Made by a program: the position numbers and the translations under genes. DNA of 64,000 bases. It comes from Octopus bimaculoides. Its lineage: Eukaryota. The notes beneath the pieces are model-generated. The model ran no database searches. It had not been told where the DNA came from and worked only from the letters and a program-made list of their open reading frames with translations. The stretch spans positions 94,264,409 to 94,328,408 of the forward strand of contig NC_068983.1 in assembly GCF_001194135.2 (NCBI RefSeq), given 5' to 3'. Positions within the stretch are counted from its first letter, which is position 1; each line of letters begins with the position of its first letter. Below, in pieces: positions 1 through 11,056 of this stretch.

Positions 1-291
1 GTTTCACTGCCATGTAGCATGGTTGTTCGTACGCATGCGTCATACAGTCTGCCTTTTACTCTGAGTGAGAGTCCCTTTGTCGCCAGCAGGGGTAAGAGCT
101 CTCTAAACTTTGCCCAGGCTATTCTTATTCTAGCAGCTACACTTTCAGCGCACCCACCCCCACTACTAACTTGGTCGCCCAGATAGCGGAAGCTATCGAC
201 TACCTCTAGTTTTTCACCCTGGAATGAGATAGAAGTTGTTTCCTGTTTGTTTGCAGTCTTTATTGCACCTGAACATCTGCCACAAACAAGG
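1..291 (-). mobile_element. RTE-clade LINE ORF2 fragment (RT C-terminal part), 5'-truncated, runs off window
   Basis: Open minus-strand frame LVCGRCSGAIKTANKQETTSISFQGEKLEVVDSFRYLGDQVSSGGGCAESVAARIRIAWAKFRELLPLLATKGLSLRVKGRLYDACVRTTMLHGSE (RT YLG motif, RTE-type LYGSETW-like motif); CpGs intact. Confidence 0.9.
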
Positions 292-884
292 CTATATATA
301 TATATATATATTGGTAGAGCGAGGGATACTCTTGACCGGAGAGGTTAGCGGGTGTGATTGCAAAGACAAATAGATAAGGAATGAATAAAAACAGATGTCA
401 GGCCTGCAGGTTGGGTAGGGACAGGGTAGTGCTGGAAATAAACAGAAGTTTGAGGCCTAATGGTATTCTATTAAATATGGTATTGCAACTGAGGAAAATT
501 ATACTAGTTATATTTTGGGTGTGCAAATAAAGGAAAAGAGGGGAAATAGAGCTATTGTGGATGTACCAATTAGAATTCTTTTCATTTGTTCATGGATTTA
601 CCTAATGAATATGTATCCTAATTGTATTGCTCCTCCCTTTTTAGACAAAATGCACTACAATAATATTGATGAGTTATGTCCCTCCATTGCTATATCTGTT
701 TAACCTCTTCCTCTTCGATGACAATACTTGGCCTATGGATTCTTCACTCGACATGATCTTTAACTGATGAGATATTCTAGAAACTGCTGCTAGAGACTAT
801 GTACACCTTTTTATTATATGGCTAAATTAAAAGTCCTTGTTAAATCTTGCCAAACCATTTGTCTCTTCATTTCTGATTTTAATC

Positions 885-907
885 TATATACATACATACA
901 TACATAC

Positions 908-956
<49 letters not shown>

Positions 957-1560
957 CACATACATACACATGCACAGGAATGTACACATACCTAACACAC
1001 ACATACATGCACACACGTACACACAACTACATCCACATACATACACATGCACAAAAACACACATATACCTCCACACACAACCCCTCGTTCACACACACAT
1101 ATCTCCCACATACACAACATGCACTGATACATACATGCACACAATTACACATACATGGGCATATACACATGCACATACACACACAGAGGAACGCACATAT
1201 ACTTCACAGATACAAACCCATATACATGCACACGCACGCACACACTACACACAAAACCACAAAATGCACACACACAACATATACATACATGCGCACATGT
1301 ACATACACACACATTACTTCAAACTGCCAGTTGAACACCTTTCTACTGACCATTCCCCTACGCACATGTGAAGAGACACACAACTACACAAAAGACTGCT
1401 ACTCCTGCTACTAAATTCTTCCTACAATATTAAACGACACAAAGTTCACTCACACATACACATATAAACAGCCAAAACCACACACACAACACATACACGT
1501 GCTATTACATGCACACAGACTTGCATGCACGCGCATACCCACACATACCTCCTCTTACAC
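885..1560. repeat. (TA)n followed by a long degenerate AC-rich low-complexity tract
   Basis: Direct reading; explains the His/Thr/Tyr-rich spurious ORFs at 814-1414. Confidence 0.9.
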
Positions 1561-1800
1561 TCTCCTGTCTTAGAAAGAACTTTTTCTTCACCCATTCCCT
1601 TCCGGTCATTTCAAAATGTAACCACATGTGAATCATTGGCAATTTTCTTCCTCCGTCTTCCTTTCTATTGGACTTTCCTCTGTTTCTGAAGAAGAGCGTC
1701 TGCTCGAAACGTTAAACCATCGTTCTTTCCTTCCATGATCATCTGCTAATACATTACATGTACCACGTCCTTGCGTTGTTGTTTTTTGGGGATTTACTCT
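1555..1800 (+). mobile_element. Penelope-like terminal repeat remnant
   Basis: Contains the ctgaagaagagc...gctcgaaacgtt signature typical of Penelope pseudo-LTRs; boundaries approximate. Confidence 0.55.
1682..1717 (+). ncRNA. Minimal type I hammerhead ribozyme motif
   Basis: GTTT - CTGAAGA - A - GAGC gtct GCTC - GAAA - CGTT - AAAC: stem I GTTT/AAAC, stem II GAGC/GCTC, palindromic ACGT stem III (dimer type), cleavage triplet GUU. Confidence 0.7.
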
Positions 1801-1810
1801 ATATATATAT

Positions 1811-2180
1811 AGGTGCAGGCATGGCTGTATGGTAAGAAGCTTGCTTCCCAACCACTGGGCTCTACGTTCAGTCTGACTGCACCTTGGGCAATTGTCTTCT
1901 ACTTTGGCCTCAGGCCAACCAAAGCTTTGTGAGTTGATTTGGTAGATAGAAACTGAAAAAAAACTCCTGTATATATATCTATCTGTGTTTGTCCCCACCA
2001 CCATCACTTGACAACCAGTGTTGGTGTGTTTGCATCCCCATAAGTTAGGGTTTCAACAAAAGATACCAATAAAATAAGTACCAGGCTTAAAAAAATAAGT
2101 ACTGAGATCATTTGACTAAAAATCTAAGACTGTCCCATCATGCCCACAGTCTAATGACTGAAACCAGTAAAAGACAAAAG
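1811..2180 (+). mobile_element. tRNA-derived SINE (family A)
   Basis: Head ggtgcaggcatggctgtatggtaagaagcttgc, core ccttgggcaa..gtcttctact, conserved tail ...tgactgaaaccagtaaaag; many copies in the window. Confidence 0.75.
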
Positions 2181-2291
2181 ATATATAATATTACATTTTG
2201 GAAGTTATTACTACTGTTTTTCAATAGTATCTTTGACTAAAAGCATTTTTTCCCCCTTTAAATTATATGAATTTAATCTGTTTCATTTTAG

Positions 2292-2388
2292 GTTGTTGAT
2301 ATTATGCAGAAATTGTACAATGTGTTTATTAAGTATGATGCAACCATGGTTGAAATCAACCCTCTATCAGAAGATTCTAATGGAGATG
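2292..2388 (+). CDS. SUCLA2: Succinyl-CoA ligase [ADP-forming] beta subunit, internal coding exon (first one visible; upstream exons lie outside the window)
   Basis: tttcattttAG acceptor, GTAAAG donor at 2389; translates [32 protein letters not shown], matching human SUCLA2 KLYSLFLKYDATMIEINP as recalled; 97 nt, phase 0 to 1. Confidence 0.93.
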
Positions 2389-3149
2389 GTAAAGTATAAT
2401 TACATTTTCTCAAGGTAACTTATAAAGTATACGACATAGACTAACAATATGACAGTACTTCCAACATATCAGGTTCACAGCTATGCTATCCATCTTCATT
2501 TATATTTGTTTGGGAGTGGTAGAAATTTCTCTGTATTTAATAATCTAATTTGACTGTTGTATCTCCCAGCATATAAGTCAAATTTTTCAAATTGAAATTT
2601 ACTGCCAAAAAAAAGGTAGGCCAACTTAACCACCAAGACAACTTTGGAGGATCAAAAATTCCATGTGAAATACAGCAGAATTTGGAAAGATAGTGATGTT
2701 TTGAGGAATGTTTACACTGTATACTGGAAAATATGGTAAAATATTTATTTCTAAAATTGGCACTATAGCTTAAATTTTGCAGGGTACAGTATAATCAACC
2801 CAGTTCTTCACTGGTACTTATTTTACTGATCTTGGAAATATGAAAAACAAAGCTAATCTTGACTAGATCTAGTTTCAGGACATATAGAGATTTACCTAAA
2901 TATTGTAAGGCATTTATCTGACGCTCTGCCAATTTTACCAGTGCAGAGTCACTAGCTTTTATAAATCCTTTCATATACAGCCATAACAAATCATCTTTAA
3001 AGCCACTTACATAAGCCTAACTTTTTTTGTATTCTGCTATAGATTATAGTTTGGAGAATTGTAAGCACATGGAGAATTGTAAGCACATGAGAATTATTAA
3101 AATGATAAACTTGATATAAAGGATAATTTGCTGGTGTCTCTTGGGTGAT

Positions 3150-3440
3150 CCTTGTTGCTAGTTGTTAGGTTTAATCACGTGAGTGCTTTCAGATCAAAGA
3201 TCCTTCATCAGATGTTCTTATGCTTTTTTTTTTTTCTTGTGGTGGTCATTGCTGGTGCTGGTTAAAGGTTCTAGAAGCAGTAGATGTATAGATATACTCA
3301 TTCCAGCAGTTAAGGCTGGGTGTTTTCCTAATGAAGTGTACTTTCGTGATTTTCAGGTTGATTGCCTCCACCAAGGCCACGTATCTCTTTAGAGAATACA
3401 CCAGCACATTATCCTTGCTTGCCACCCCCATCCCCTCACC
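3150..3440 (-). mobile_element. Penelope-like 3' end (GIY-YIG C-terminal tail plus terminal repeat)
   Basis: Minus ORF ...VEAINLKITKVHFIRKTPSLN resembles the PLE EAIxI..PSLN ending, followed by a hammerhead-like motif. Confidence 0.6.
3177..3215 (-). ncRNA. Decayed minimal hammerhead ribozyme motif
   Basis: Minus strand: acat CTGATGA A GGATC ttt GATCT GAAA GCACTC acgt; stem II intact; stem III AGCACT and stem I each one CpG-type transition from perfect. Confidence 0.5.
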
Positions 3441-3579
3441 AACACCACCAGACCATGTATCTTCTTAGAGAATTGCCTACCTTCTTTATCTTCCTAACTC
3501 CTACTAATGGCATTACCCTGTTGTCTTACTATGCTATTTATATAAAGCTCTTTTAAAAATGTATTTTTGCTTTTTCCAG

Positions 3580-3741
3580 TATATTGTATGGACTGTAAAC
3601 TAAATTTTGATGACAATGCTGCCCACCGCCAAAAAGATATTTTTGCATGGAAAGATTGGTCACAAGAAGATCCACGTGATCATCAGGCTGCTGATGCTGA
3701 TCTAAACTACATTGGATTGGATGGCAGTATAGGGTGTTTGG
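3580..3741 (+). CDS. SUCLA2: SUCLA2 coding exon
   Basis: tttttcCAG / GTAAGT; (V)[53 protein letters not shown]; 162 nt, phase 1 to 1; contains the NYIGLDG-IGC motif. Confidence 0.96.
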
Positions 3742-3954
3742 GTAAGTTTGGATTTTTTAATTTACATATCAGACCTCATGGGGGGAAACACTAGAACATA
3801 TAATCACAAACTAATAACTAATTATATTTTCTGCAACCATTTTGAAAGAGTTACTGCAGTTTTTTTTACTATTACCTTAAATCAGTGCAATGTTGATAAC
3901 AAGTGACAAGATCCCAATGTAATTTTATCTGTTTCCCCCATTCTTTTATTCTTA

Positions 3955-4311
3955 TTATTTTATTTGTTTCAATCATTAGACTGCAGCCATGCTGGGACAC
4001 CACCTTGAAGAATTTTTAGTCAAATGAATCAATTCCAGTATTTATTGTTTTTTAAAAGCCTGGTACTTATTCTATTGGTCTCTTTTACTGAACTACTAAG
4101 TTACAGGGACATAAACACACCAACACCAGTTGTCGAGTGAGAGACATGCACACACACAAGCTTCTTTCAGTTTCCATTTACCAAATCTGTTCACAAAGCT
4201 TTGGTTGGCTCTAGGCCATAGAAGACACTTGCCCAAGGTGCCATGCAGTAGGGCTGAACCTGGAACCATGTGGTTGGGAAGCATGTTTCTTACCAGACAG
4301 CCATGCCTGTA
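3955..4311 (-). mobile_element. SINE family A
   Basis: Reverse complement of the 1811 copy; approximate limits. Confidence 0.75.
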
Positions 4312-4453
4312 TTAAAACTAAATATTTGAATATCTCAAATTAATCAAATTGTATTAACATTCTTTAACTCTAGGAAGAGCTTTTTGGATTTGTAGGAAAA
4401 CAGTTTGTTAATGATACTCTTTAGAATATCCTAAATTTATTGTTTTCTTTCAG

Positions 4454-4596
4454 TAAATGGTGCTGGCTTGGCAATGGCAACAATGGACATAATCAAACTT
4501 CATGGAGGAAACCCAGCTAATTTCCTAGATGTGGGAGGTGGAGCTACAGCCAAGCAAGTCACTGAAGCATTCCGCCTCATTACTTCAGATCAAAAT
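4454..4596 (+). CDS. SUCLA2: SUCLA2 coding exon
   Basis: ttttcttttCAG / GTAAGT; (V)[47 protein letters not shown], the invariant SCS-beta NGAGLAM and ANFLDVGGG motifs; 143 nt, phase 1 to 0. Confidence 0.97.
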
Positions 4597-7186
4597 GTAA
4601 GTTTTGATGTGTTTTATTTCCACTAAGTAAAATATGTTTCATGGTGTTAATTATCTGAGAGATTGTGACATTGATTGATATAAAATCCTAATCTTAGAAA
4701 ATATTGTGATGTTAATAAATATAGCTTAGAAAAAAAAGCATCATTTTAATATAAATTGTAGGTCACAATTAAACAAGTTTCTACAGTAATCATATTGACA
4801 ATCATAGTATGAAGGCATTTTTTTTCTCTATGGATTGAACAAGTTGAAAAGTGGGCATTTATATAAGTTTTTAGATAAGATGTTTAGTAGCAATTTTCAA
4901 TATTACATAAACTGTTCTATGATGTACAAAGAATTGTCTGAAAAATTGCCCTGCGGTCCTCTCTTATAGGGTGCAGTGATGCAGTCAGTACAAGATATTC
5001 AGCCTGCTTTCATGCTATTTCTATATATATGGAAGTATTAGCAATGATTGCAGTAGAATCACATTATTCAAATACATCAGAAGACTGTTCTGGTGTCTGA
5101 GTAATCCAATAACTATATTGAAAAAAAAAACAGCATTTTTATTGGGATGTTAAGAAGGCCTTATTTTGGATTGAGGAGTTTCATATTCCTGCAAATCACT
5201 ACACAAATTATGATAGCACAGTGAAAGCAAGAAGTTAATATGTTGCTGTGGTATCATGAAGCAACATTCCCAGTCTGGATTGTGCAGCTGTGTTCCAGCA
5301 TTTTCATTATAGCTTTAAGTGGATCAGATAACCACAGACTTGGCAATCACTGCTCAGCTGGGATGAGGCCAGAAGAAACTCTGAAATCCAAAGTGTACCT
5401 GCATGCAAATTAATTAATTAGACTGTATGTAGTGCTTAATGAGAAACCTTTATTTATCTATGGAACCTTTTTAGCTTTTTAATAAACATGCTAACATTGA
5501 AAGTTCAAAAAACAGACATAAACATTTGATCAATAAGCCTGTCTCACTGGAAGGATGTATATTTTATAAGTCCCATAAACTTGTTTCAAATGAAGAAATA
5601 ACTTTTTTTAAATATTTTGTTTTTTAAATCATTATTTGCACTGTGAAAAGTAAGATCTGAAACAATGGCTTGCATATTCTTAATACATCCCAGCAGATAT
5701 TAATATGCTTGTCAGTTTTGTGTATGTCACACGAAAACAACTCTCATTTACAATGGCAGTGTGTTCATAACACGCTCAGTGCAAGGAATTCTACCACATT
5801 AGAGTTTTGACATGTGTCTCATCAATCAGAAGTGTCCAAACCTTTTATCCTGAACAAGTCACCGGCAAACAAATTGTTTGCTAATCAGTGCTGGTATTTG
5901 CCAACTGATAAAAAAAATATTTACATTTTGATTACTTAGGTTATTTTTAGCCATATTAAACTATTTTGAAAGATTTATGGCTATTTTATCAAAGCATAAG
6001 CAATAATTTTTGTTGCTGTTTTAGCTCCAGATCAACCATAGTCAAACAGACTCATGATCTCAGGTTTTCTAGCTGTGACTATCCCATCTTTCCCTACAAC
6101 CTTTCCCATATCTAGAAGTATATTATTCAATGTGTATGAATCTTTGCAATTTTTAAGATAGTATGGTATGATCTGGCTGCTATTTCTAGCAGGTTGAATA
6201 ACACAAGGACACATTGTCGTTGGTTTGCAGATCAGCAATGTGCTAAAAATTTGTACATTGTCGTTAGAAAAAGTACTGACTGTATATTAATAGATATTTT
6301 ACTTATTAAAGAGAAACTTAAGATATTTTGATAAAACTAAAACTCTAGAGATGTTTGTGTGTACTCGAAATATCTCAGAAATAGTATATTTTTCAAAATT
6401 TTTTTTGCATATTTATTTTCACACTTACCTTTGGCAGTGCAGTACACATTTTTGTGATCTTTGGGACTCTATTTGTTAAGGAAAACAGTTAAACACAATT
6501 TTTGTTTGTTATTTCTTGACGAAAAATAAAACATCGCTTCTGTGACGTCAACACACATACACATAATGAATGTCATGGCGTGTCAATCAACACAAACACT
6601 CGTTTGCTATCTGTGACATATACACACACACATAATCTTCATGCTTTCTAAGAAAAAAAAAAGGTGACATTTTGACATACACAATATTTTAATCATTTAG
6701 AAATACTTTCAACTGAATGTGATTTCAAAAATGTAAGTTGTTTGTACACTAAGTGGCAGAGGTAAAGAATATGTACACCACCCATTTTCGGCATAACAAA
6801 AACCCTAACCCTAACCACCAAATTTACATATTCTTTACTTTTGCCCAGTAAGTATTTATATTTTAACTTTCTTTAAACAGACAATGTTTTTTTTTTAATT
6901 ATTTTCAAGTGAATGGCGATCTTTTGCTTATCTTCTGAAGTTCGTTAATTTCTGTATCAAATTTTTATTTATTTAATTTTGTTTTAAAGTGAAAGAAAGG
7001 AGAAAGTGAAAGATGTATGGATGTGTGTGTGTGTGAAAGAGAGAGAGAGAGAGAGAGTGATTGAATGGGGTGTGTTGTCATGTATATGTACATACATCAG
7101 TACATATGCATATATCTTTTTTGTATTTACGTGTGCATGTGTGTGTCAGAGAGTGAGTGAATGTGTGTTCTCATGTATGTGTAAGT

Positions 7187-7192
<6 letters not shown>

Positions 7193-7246
<54 letters not shown>
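7193..7246. repeat. (CT)n microsatellite
   Basis: Direct reading. Confidence 0.95.
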
Positions 7247-7249
<3 letters not shown>

Positions 7250-7823
7250 GTCCATTTCATATACACATTCAAACATCTGGCACTTTCTCCTCGCTTTCAC
7301 TTCAAAACAAAAGTAAATAAATAAAAAACATTTACGAAAATTAACAAACAAAACCAACTGATCCGGATGACAGTTCTGAGCCTCAAAGCAAAAGATTGTC
7401 CCAAGGGAATACTGTTGCAAAAAATTTTTGAGTGCATTCAACGTATCTCAGCTCCAAAGATTTGGCTGCTATTTCTAGCATACCCTGCTGGTTCGTAACA
7501 GCTATTTGCAATAAAGGACCCGAAATACTTGTTATGTGGTAGCAGGGCGTGCAAGAAATAGCAGCCAAATCTTTTTCTTTTCTGGGGAAAGAAACCGTTT
7601 ACGCATGATTTCAATGTCACATTCATTGAAAGCATGCGAAATAACCTGGAAAAGAAGAAAAAAAACCCATGAAACAAAACTCTGTTGCTGGGAAACTCAG
7701 ACTTTCCAGGTGATCCAACGGGTCACGGGTAGTCTAGTATATTTTTAAAAATTTAATTAGAATCTTAAATCCTTTGATTCTATTCTTCTATTCAGTTTCG
7801 GTCTTCCTTTTTGTAATTCATAT

Positions 7824-9025
7824 TCGAGCGAGATCGTTGCCAGTGACCCTGGACTGGCTCTTGTGCTGGTGACACATGAAATGTTTTGAGCGGGATCGTT
7901 GCCAGTGCCCCTGGACTGGCTCATGTGCGGGCGACACATGAAATCTTTCGAGCGAGATCGTTGCCGGTGCCCCTGGACTGGCTCATGTGCGGACGACACA
8001 TGAAATCTTTTGAGCGAGATCGTTGCCGGTGCCCCTGGACCGGCTCTTGTGCGGGTGACACATGAGGTTTTTCGAGCGAGATCGTTGCCGGTGCCTNNNN
8101 NNNNNNNNNNNNNNNNNNNNNNNNNNNNNNNNNNNNNNNNNNNNNNNNNNNNNNNNNNNNNNNNNNNNNNNNNNNNNNNNNNNNNNNNNNNNNNNNNNNN
8201 NNNNNNNNNNNNNNNNNNNNNNNNNNNNNNNNNNNNNNNNNNNNNNNNNNNNNNNNNNNNNNNNNNNNNNNNNNNNNNNNNNNNNNNNNNNNNNNNNNNN
8301 NNNNNNNNNNNNNNNNNNNNNNNNNNNNNNNNNNNNNNNNNNNNNNNNNNNNNNNNNNNNNNNNNNNNNNNNNNNNNNNNNNNNNNNNNNNNNNNNNNNN
8401 NNNNNNNNNNNNNNNNNNNNNNNNNNNNNNNNNNNNNNNNNNNNNNNNNNNNNNNNNNNNNNNNNNNNNNNNNNNNNNNNNNNNNNNNNNNNNNNNNNNN
8501 NNNNNNNNNNNNNNNNNNNNNNNNNNNNNNNNNNNNNNNNNNNNNNNNNNNNNNNNNNNNNNNNNNNNNNNNNNNNNNNNNNNNNNNNNNNNNNNNNNNN
8601 NNNNNNNNNNNNNNNNNNNNNNNNNNNNNNNNNNNNNNNNNNNNNNNNNNNNNNNNNNNNNNNNNNNNNNNNNNNNNNNNNNNNNNNNNNNNNNNNNNNN
8701 NNATTCGAGCGAGATCGTTGCCAGTGACCCTGGACTGGCTCTTGTGCTGGTGACACATGAAATGTTTTGAGCGGGATCGTTGCCAGTGCCCCTGGACTGG
8801 CTCTTGTGCGGGTGGCACATAAAAGACACCATTTCGAGCGTGGCTGTTTTCGTGCGGGTGACACGTAAAAGCACCCACTACACTCTCTGAGTGGTTGGCG
8901 TTAGGAAGGGCATCCAGCTGTAGAAACTCTGCCAAATTAGATTGGAGCCTGGTGTTGCCATCCGGTTTCACCAGTCCTCAGTCAAATCGTCCAACCCATG
9001 CTAGCATGGAAGGCGGACGTTAAAC

Positions 9026-9056
<31 letters not shown>
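7824..9056 (+). mobile_element. RTE LINE 3' UTR copy with an expanded internal 62-bp tandem array and (GAT)n tail
   Basis: GAGCG anchors at 7826, 7888, 7950, 8012 and 8074 give a 62-bp period; N gap 8097-8702; then the UTR end (ggcgttaggaagggcatccagctgtagaaac...gttaaacgatgatgat). Confidence 0.85.
8097..8702. other. Assembly gap (N). Other gaps: 11777-11786, 18447-18895, 27795-27894, 30062-30130
   Basis: Runs of N; every gap borders a tandem repeat, LINE tail or LTR. Confidence 1.
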
Positions 9057-9058
<2 letters not shown>

Positions 9059-9411
9059 AATCAAAATCTAAACATCAGATTTATTATCCTGTCATTTTCT
9101 TAAGGATTGCTGTCCTGCTAAAATTACTGGACCTACAAAATGAAATTCTTTTTGAAAGGTTTATCTTTGTCAGAATTTAACGACTAACTTTATTTATCAG
9201 CTGAAAAGATTGGTTATCTGTAAAACCTTATTTTATGTAATAGTGTTATAAAAGCTATTTTCACCTTCTTAATAACATAAAATTTATATTATCTGAGTTA
9301 TTTATATTCAAATTCAAGAAACCCTGACTACTTTGAAGTTAAAATTTGTTTGACAAACATTAAACATTTTAGAAACAAATTGCAGAAAATAAAATTCTGA
9401 TACTTTTATAG

Positions 9412-9532
9412 GTTCAAGCTATTTTGGTGAATATATTTGGTGGTATCATGCGATGTGATGTTATTGCTCAAGGTATTATAGCTGCAGCTGCAGAGCTGCA
9501 ACTACGCATCCCTATTGTAGTTAGACTACAAG
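9412..9532 (+). CDS. SUCLA2: SUCLA2 coding exon
   Basis: cttttaTAG / GTAAGT; [40 protein letters not shown]; 121 nt, phase 0 to 1. Confidence 0.97.
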
Positions 9533-10277
9533 GTAAGTTTGTCATTCCTGTTATTGTCTAATCTTCTATTTAAAATTACTTTAATCAAAATCATTTTGTT
9601 CAAGATGCCCTTGTGTGAAATGGAACACAAGTAAGCTGAAAGAGTAATAAATGTATCAATTAAAACAAATGGGAGAGATGATTGTACTGGTATGGATATG
9701 TGGTGTTTATGGTGTATGAGTGTTGGGAGAAGTTCTTTTCTGCTCTCTTTGCAAGGTATCTGTGAAAGTGGATACAGGAGTGGCTAAGTGATTTAAGAAG
9801 TTTGCTTTGCATTCACAAAGTTCTTGGTTCAATCCCACATGGCATCTTGAGCATATGCATTTACCATAGTTTTTAGTCGACTAAAGCTTTTTGAGTGAAT
9901 TTGGTTAGCTGGAAACTGTATAGAAGCCTGTCAGATGGACTATACCTTTACTCTTGAATTTGTGTAGCATATTTGTGTTACACTGATTCTGCTTGGGAAT
10001 TACATTAATGGTACATGTGTCTGTATGATACTCTAGTCACTTTCACATGCTAATTCAGTTAGCAGGTTATCCACTGATGAAACAGTTGGCTGCTCATATG
10101 TTGGAATCAACATGAAAATCCATCATCAGTGTAAGTGTAAGTTGTTTTAAGGTCAAATATCAAGAGGATGGGTGTCATGGATGAGATGATAGAAGACTAG
10201 AATGATCGGCAATATACTGTACAACAAACCTATTTAATTCTTGCTGTCATGGTAGCTAATACAGTAATGTATAAAGT

Positions 10278-10500
10278 TTAACCCTTTAGCATTTAAACCG
10301 GCCATATCAGACCCAAATATTCTGTTTTGTGTTCAAACTGGACAGATCCAGCCTGTCACACCTACCCTACAATGTCATTCTAAAAATAAAGAGTCACACC
10401 ATTGAAGTCTAGAAGCTATGATATAATACAAGATTAATTCAAAATAATGTGAATAAACAAGCATTATATTTGAAAGAGTAATCTGAATGCTAAAGGGTTA
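10278..10500. mobile_element. TTAA-flanked MITE (piggyBac-like non-autonomous element)
   Basis: TTAA|CCCTTTAGCATT ... AATGCTAAAGGG|TTAA; about 215 bp between TSDs. Confidence 0.8.
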
Positions 10501-10580
10501 ATTTGTGTAATTTTCTGACTGTCATGCTTTAGAGACACTATGCATTTATGTGCTAAATGTCTTTTTTTTTTCATTTTCAG

Positions 10581-10669
10581 GAACAAGGGTAGAAGATGCC
10601 AAAGCTTTGATTGCTTCAAGTAACTTGAAAATTTTGTCTTGTGATAACTTGGATGAAGCTGCTAAAATG
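10581..10669 (+). CDS. SUCLA2: SUCLA2 penultimate coding exon
   Basis: cattttCAG acceptor; (G)[29 protein letters not shown]; donor GTCAGC at 10670; 89 nt, phase 1 to 0. Confidence 0.94.
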
Positions 10670-11056
10670 GTCAGCTGATTTTCTTTGCATTATATGATTG
10701 TATATAATAGATTGAAGGTGCATAGTCTACTAGTTAGGGTGTTGCATTCATGGCTGCAAGGTTTGTGGTTTAGCTTTCTGTACTGAGTGGCATGTCGTGT
10801 TCTTGAGCAAAACACTTCATTTCAGATTGCTCCAGTCAATTCAGCTGTAAATGAGTAACCCTGCACAAGAGGAAGACCTGGATGGAAATGTTGAAGGCAA
10901 AATGTTAGCATGGTTGTGTGGTTATGAAGTTCTTGGTTCAGTCTCACTGTGCTGCACCTGGGCAAGTGTCTTCTATAGCCCCAGGCTGATAACTACCTTG
11001 ATAGTGGAATTATTAGATGGAAAGGAAGTAACCTGTCATATATATATATAGAGAGA

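Noticed and set aside
764-800. CTGATGA...GAAA hammerhead-like words
   Set aside because: Stem II cannot close (G opposite A) and I find no stem III/cleavage triplet; at best a heavily decayed relic. CTGATGA at about 10068 and 30781 has no downstream GAAA core
814-1414. ORFs of up to 198 aa rich in H/T/Y/I or C/V/M
   Set aside because: Translations of TA/CA microsatellites and low-complexity tracts; the same applies to ORFs at about 17393, 28224, 29920-30258, 32298-32861 and 47172
1811-1900. tRNA-like A/B box sequences in SINE heads
   Set aside because: They do not fold into complete cloverleafs and continue into SINE bodies; no genuine tRNA or rRNA gene was seen in the window
3052-3095. 18-bp tandem duplication (also a 20-bp period duplication at 51056-51094)
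   Set aside because: Ordinary slippage duplications; only 2-2.5 units with no spacers, so not CRISPR-like
7757-8971. ORFs of 221-404 aa
   Set aside because: They are open only because they run through 606 N and a 62-bp tandem repeat
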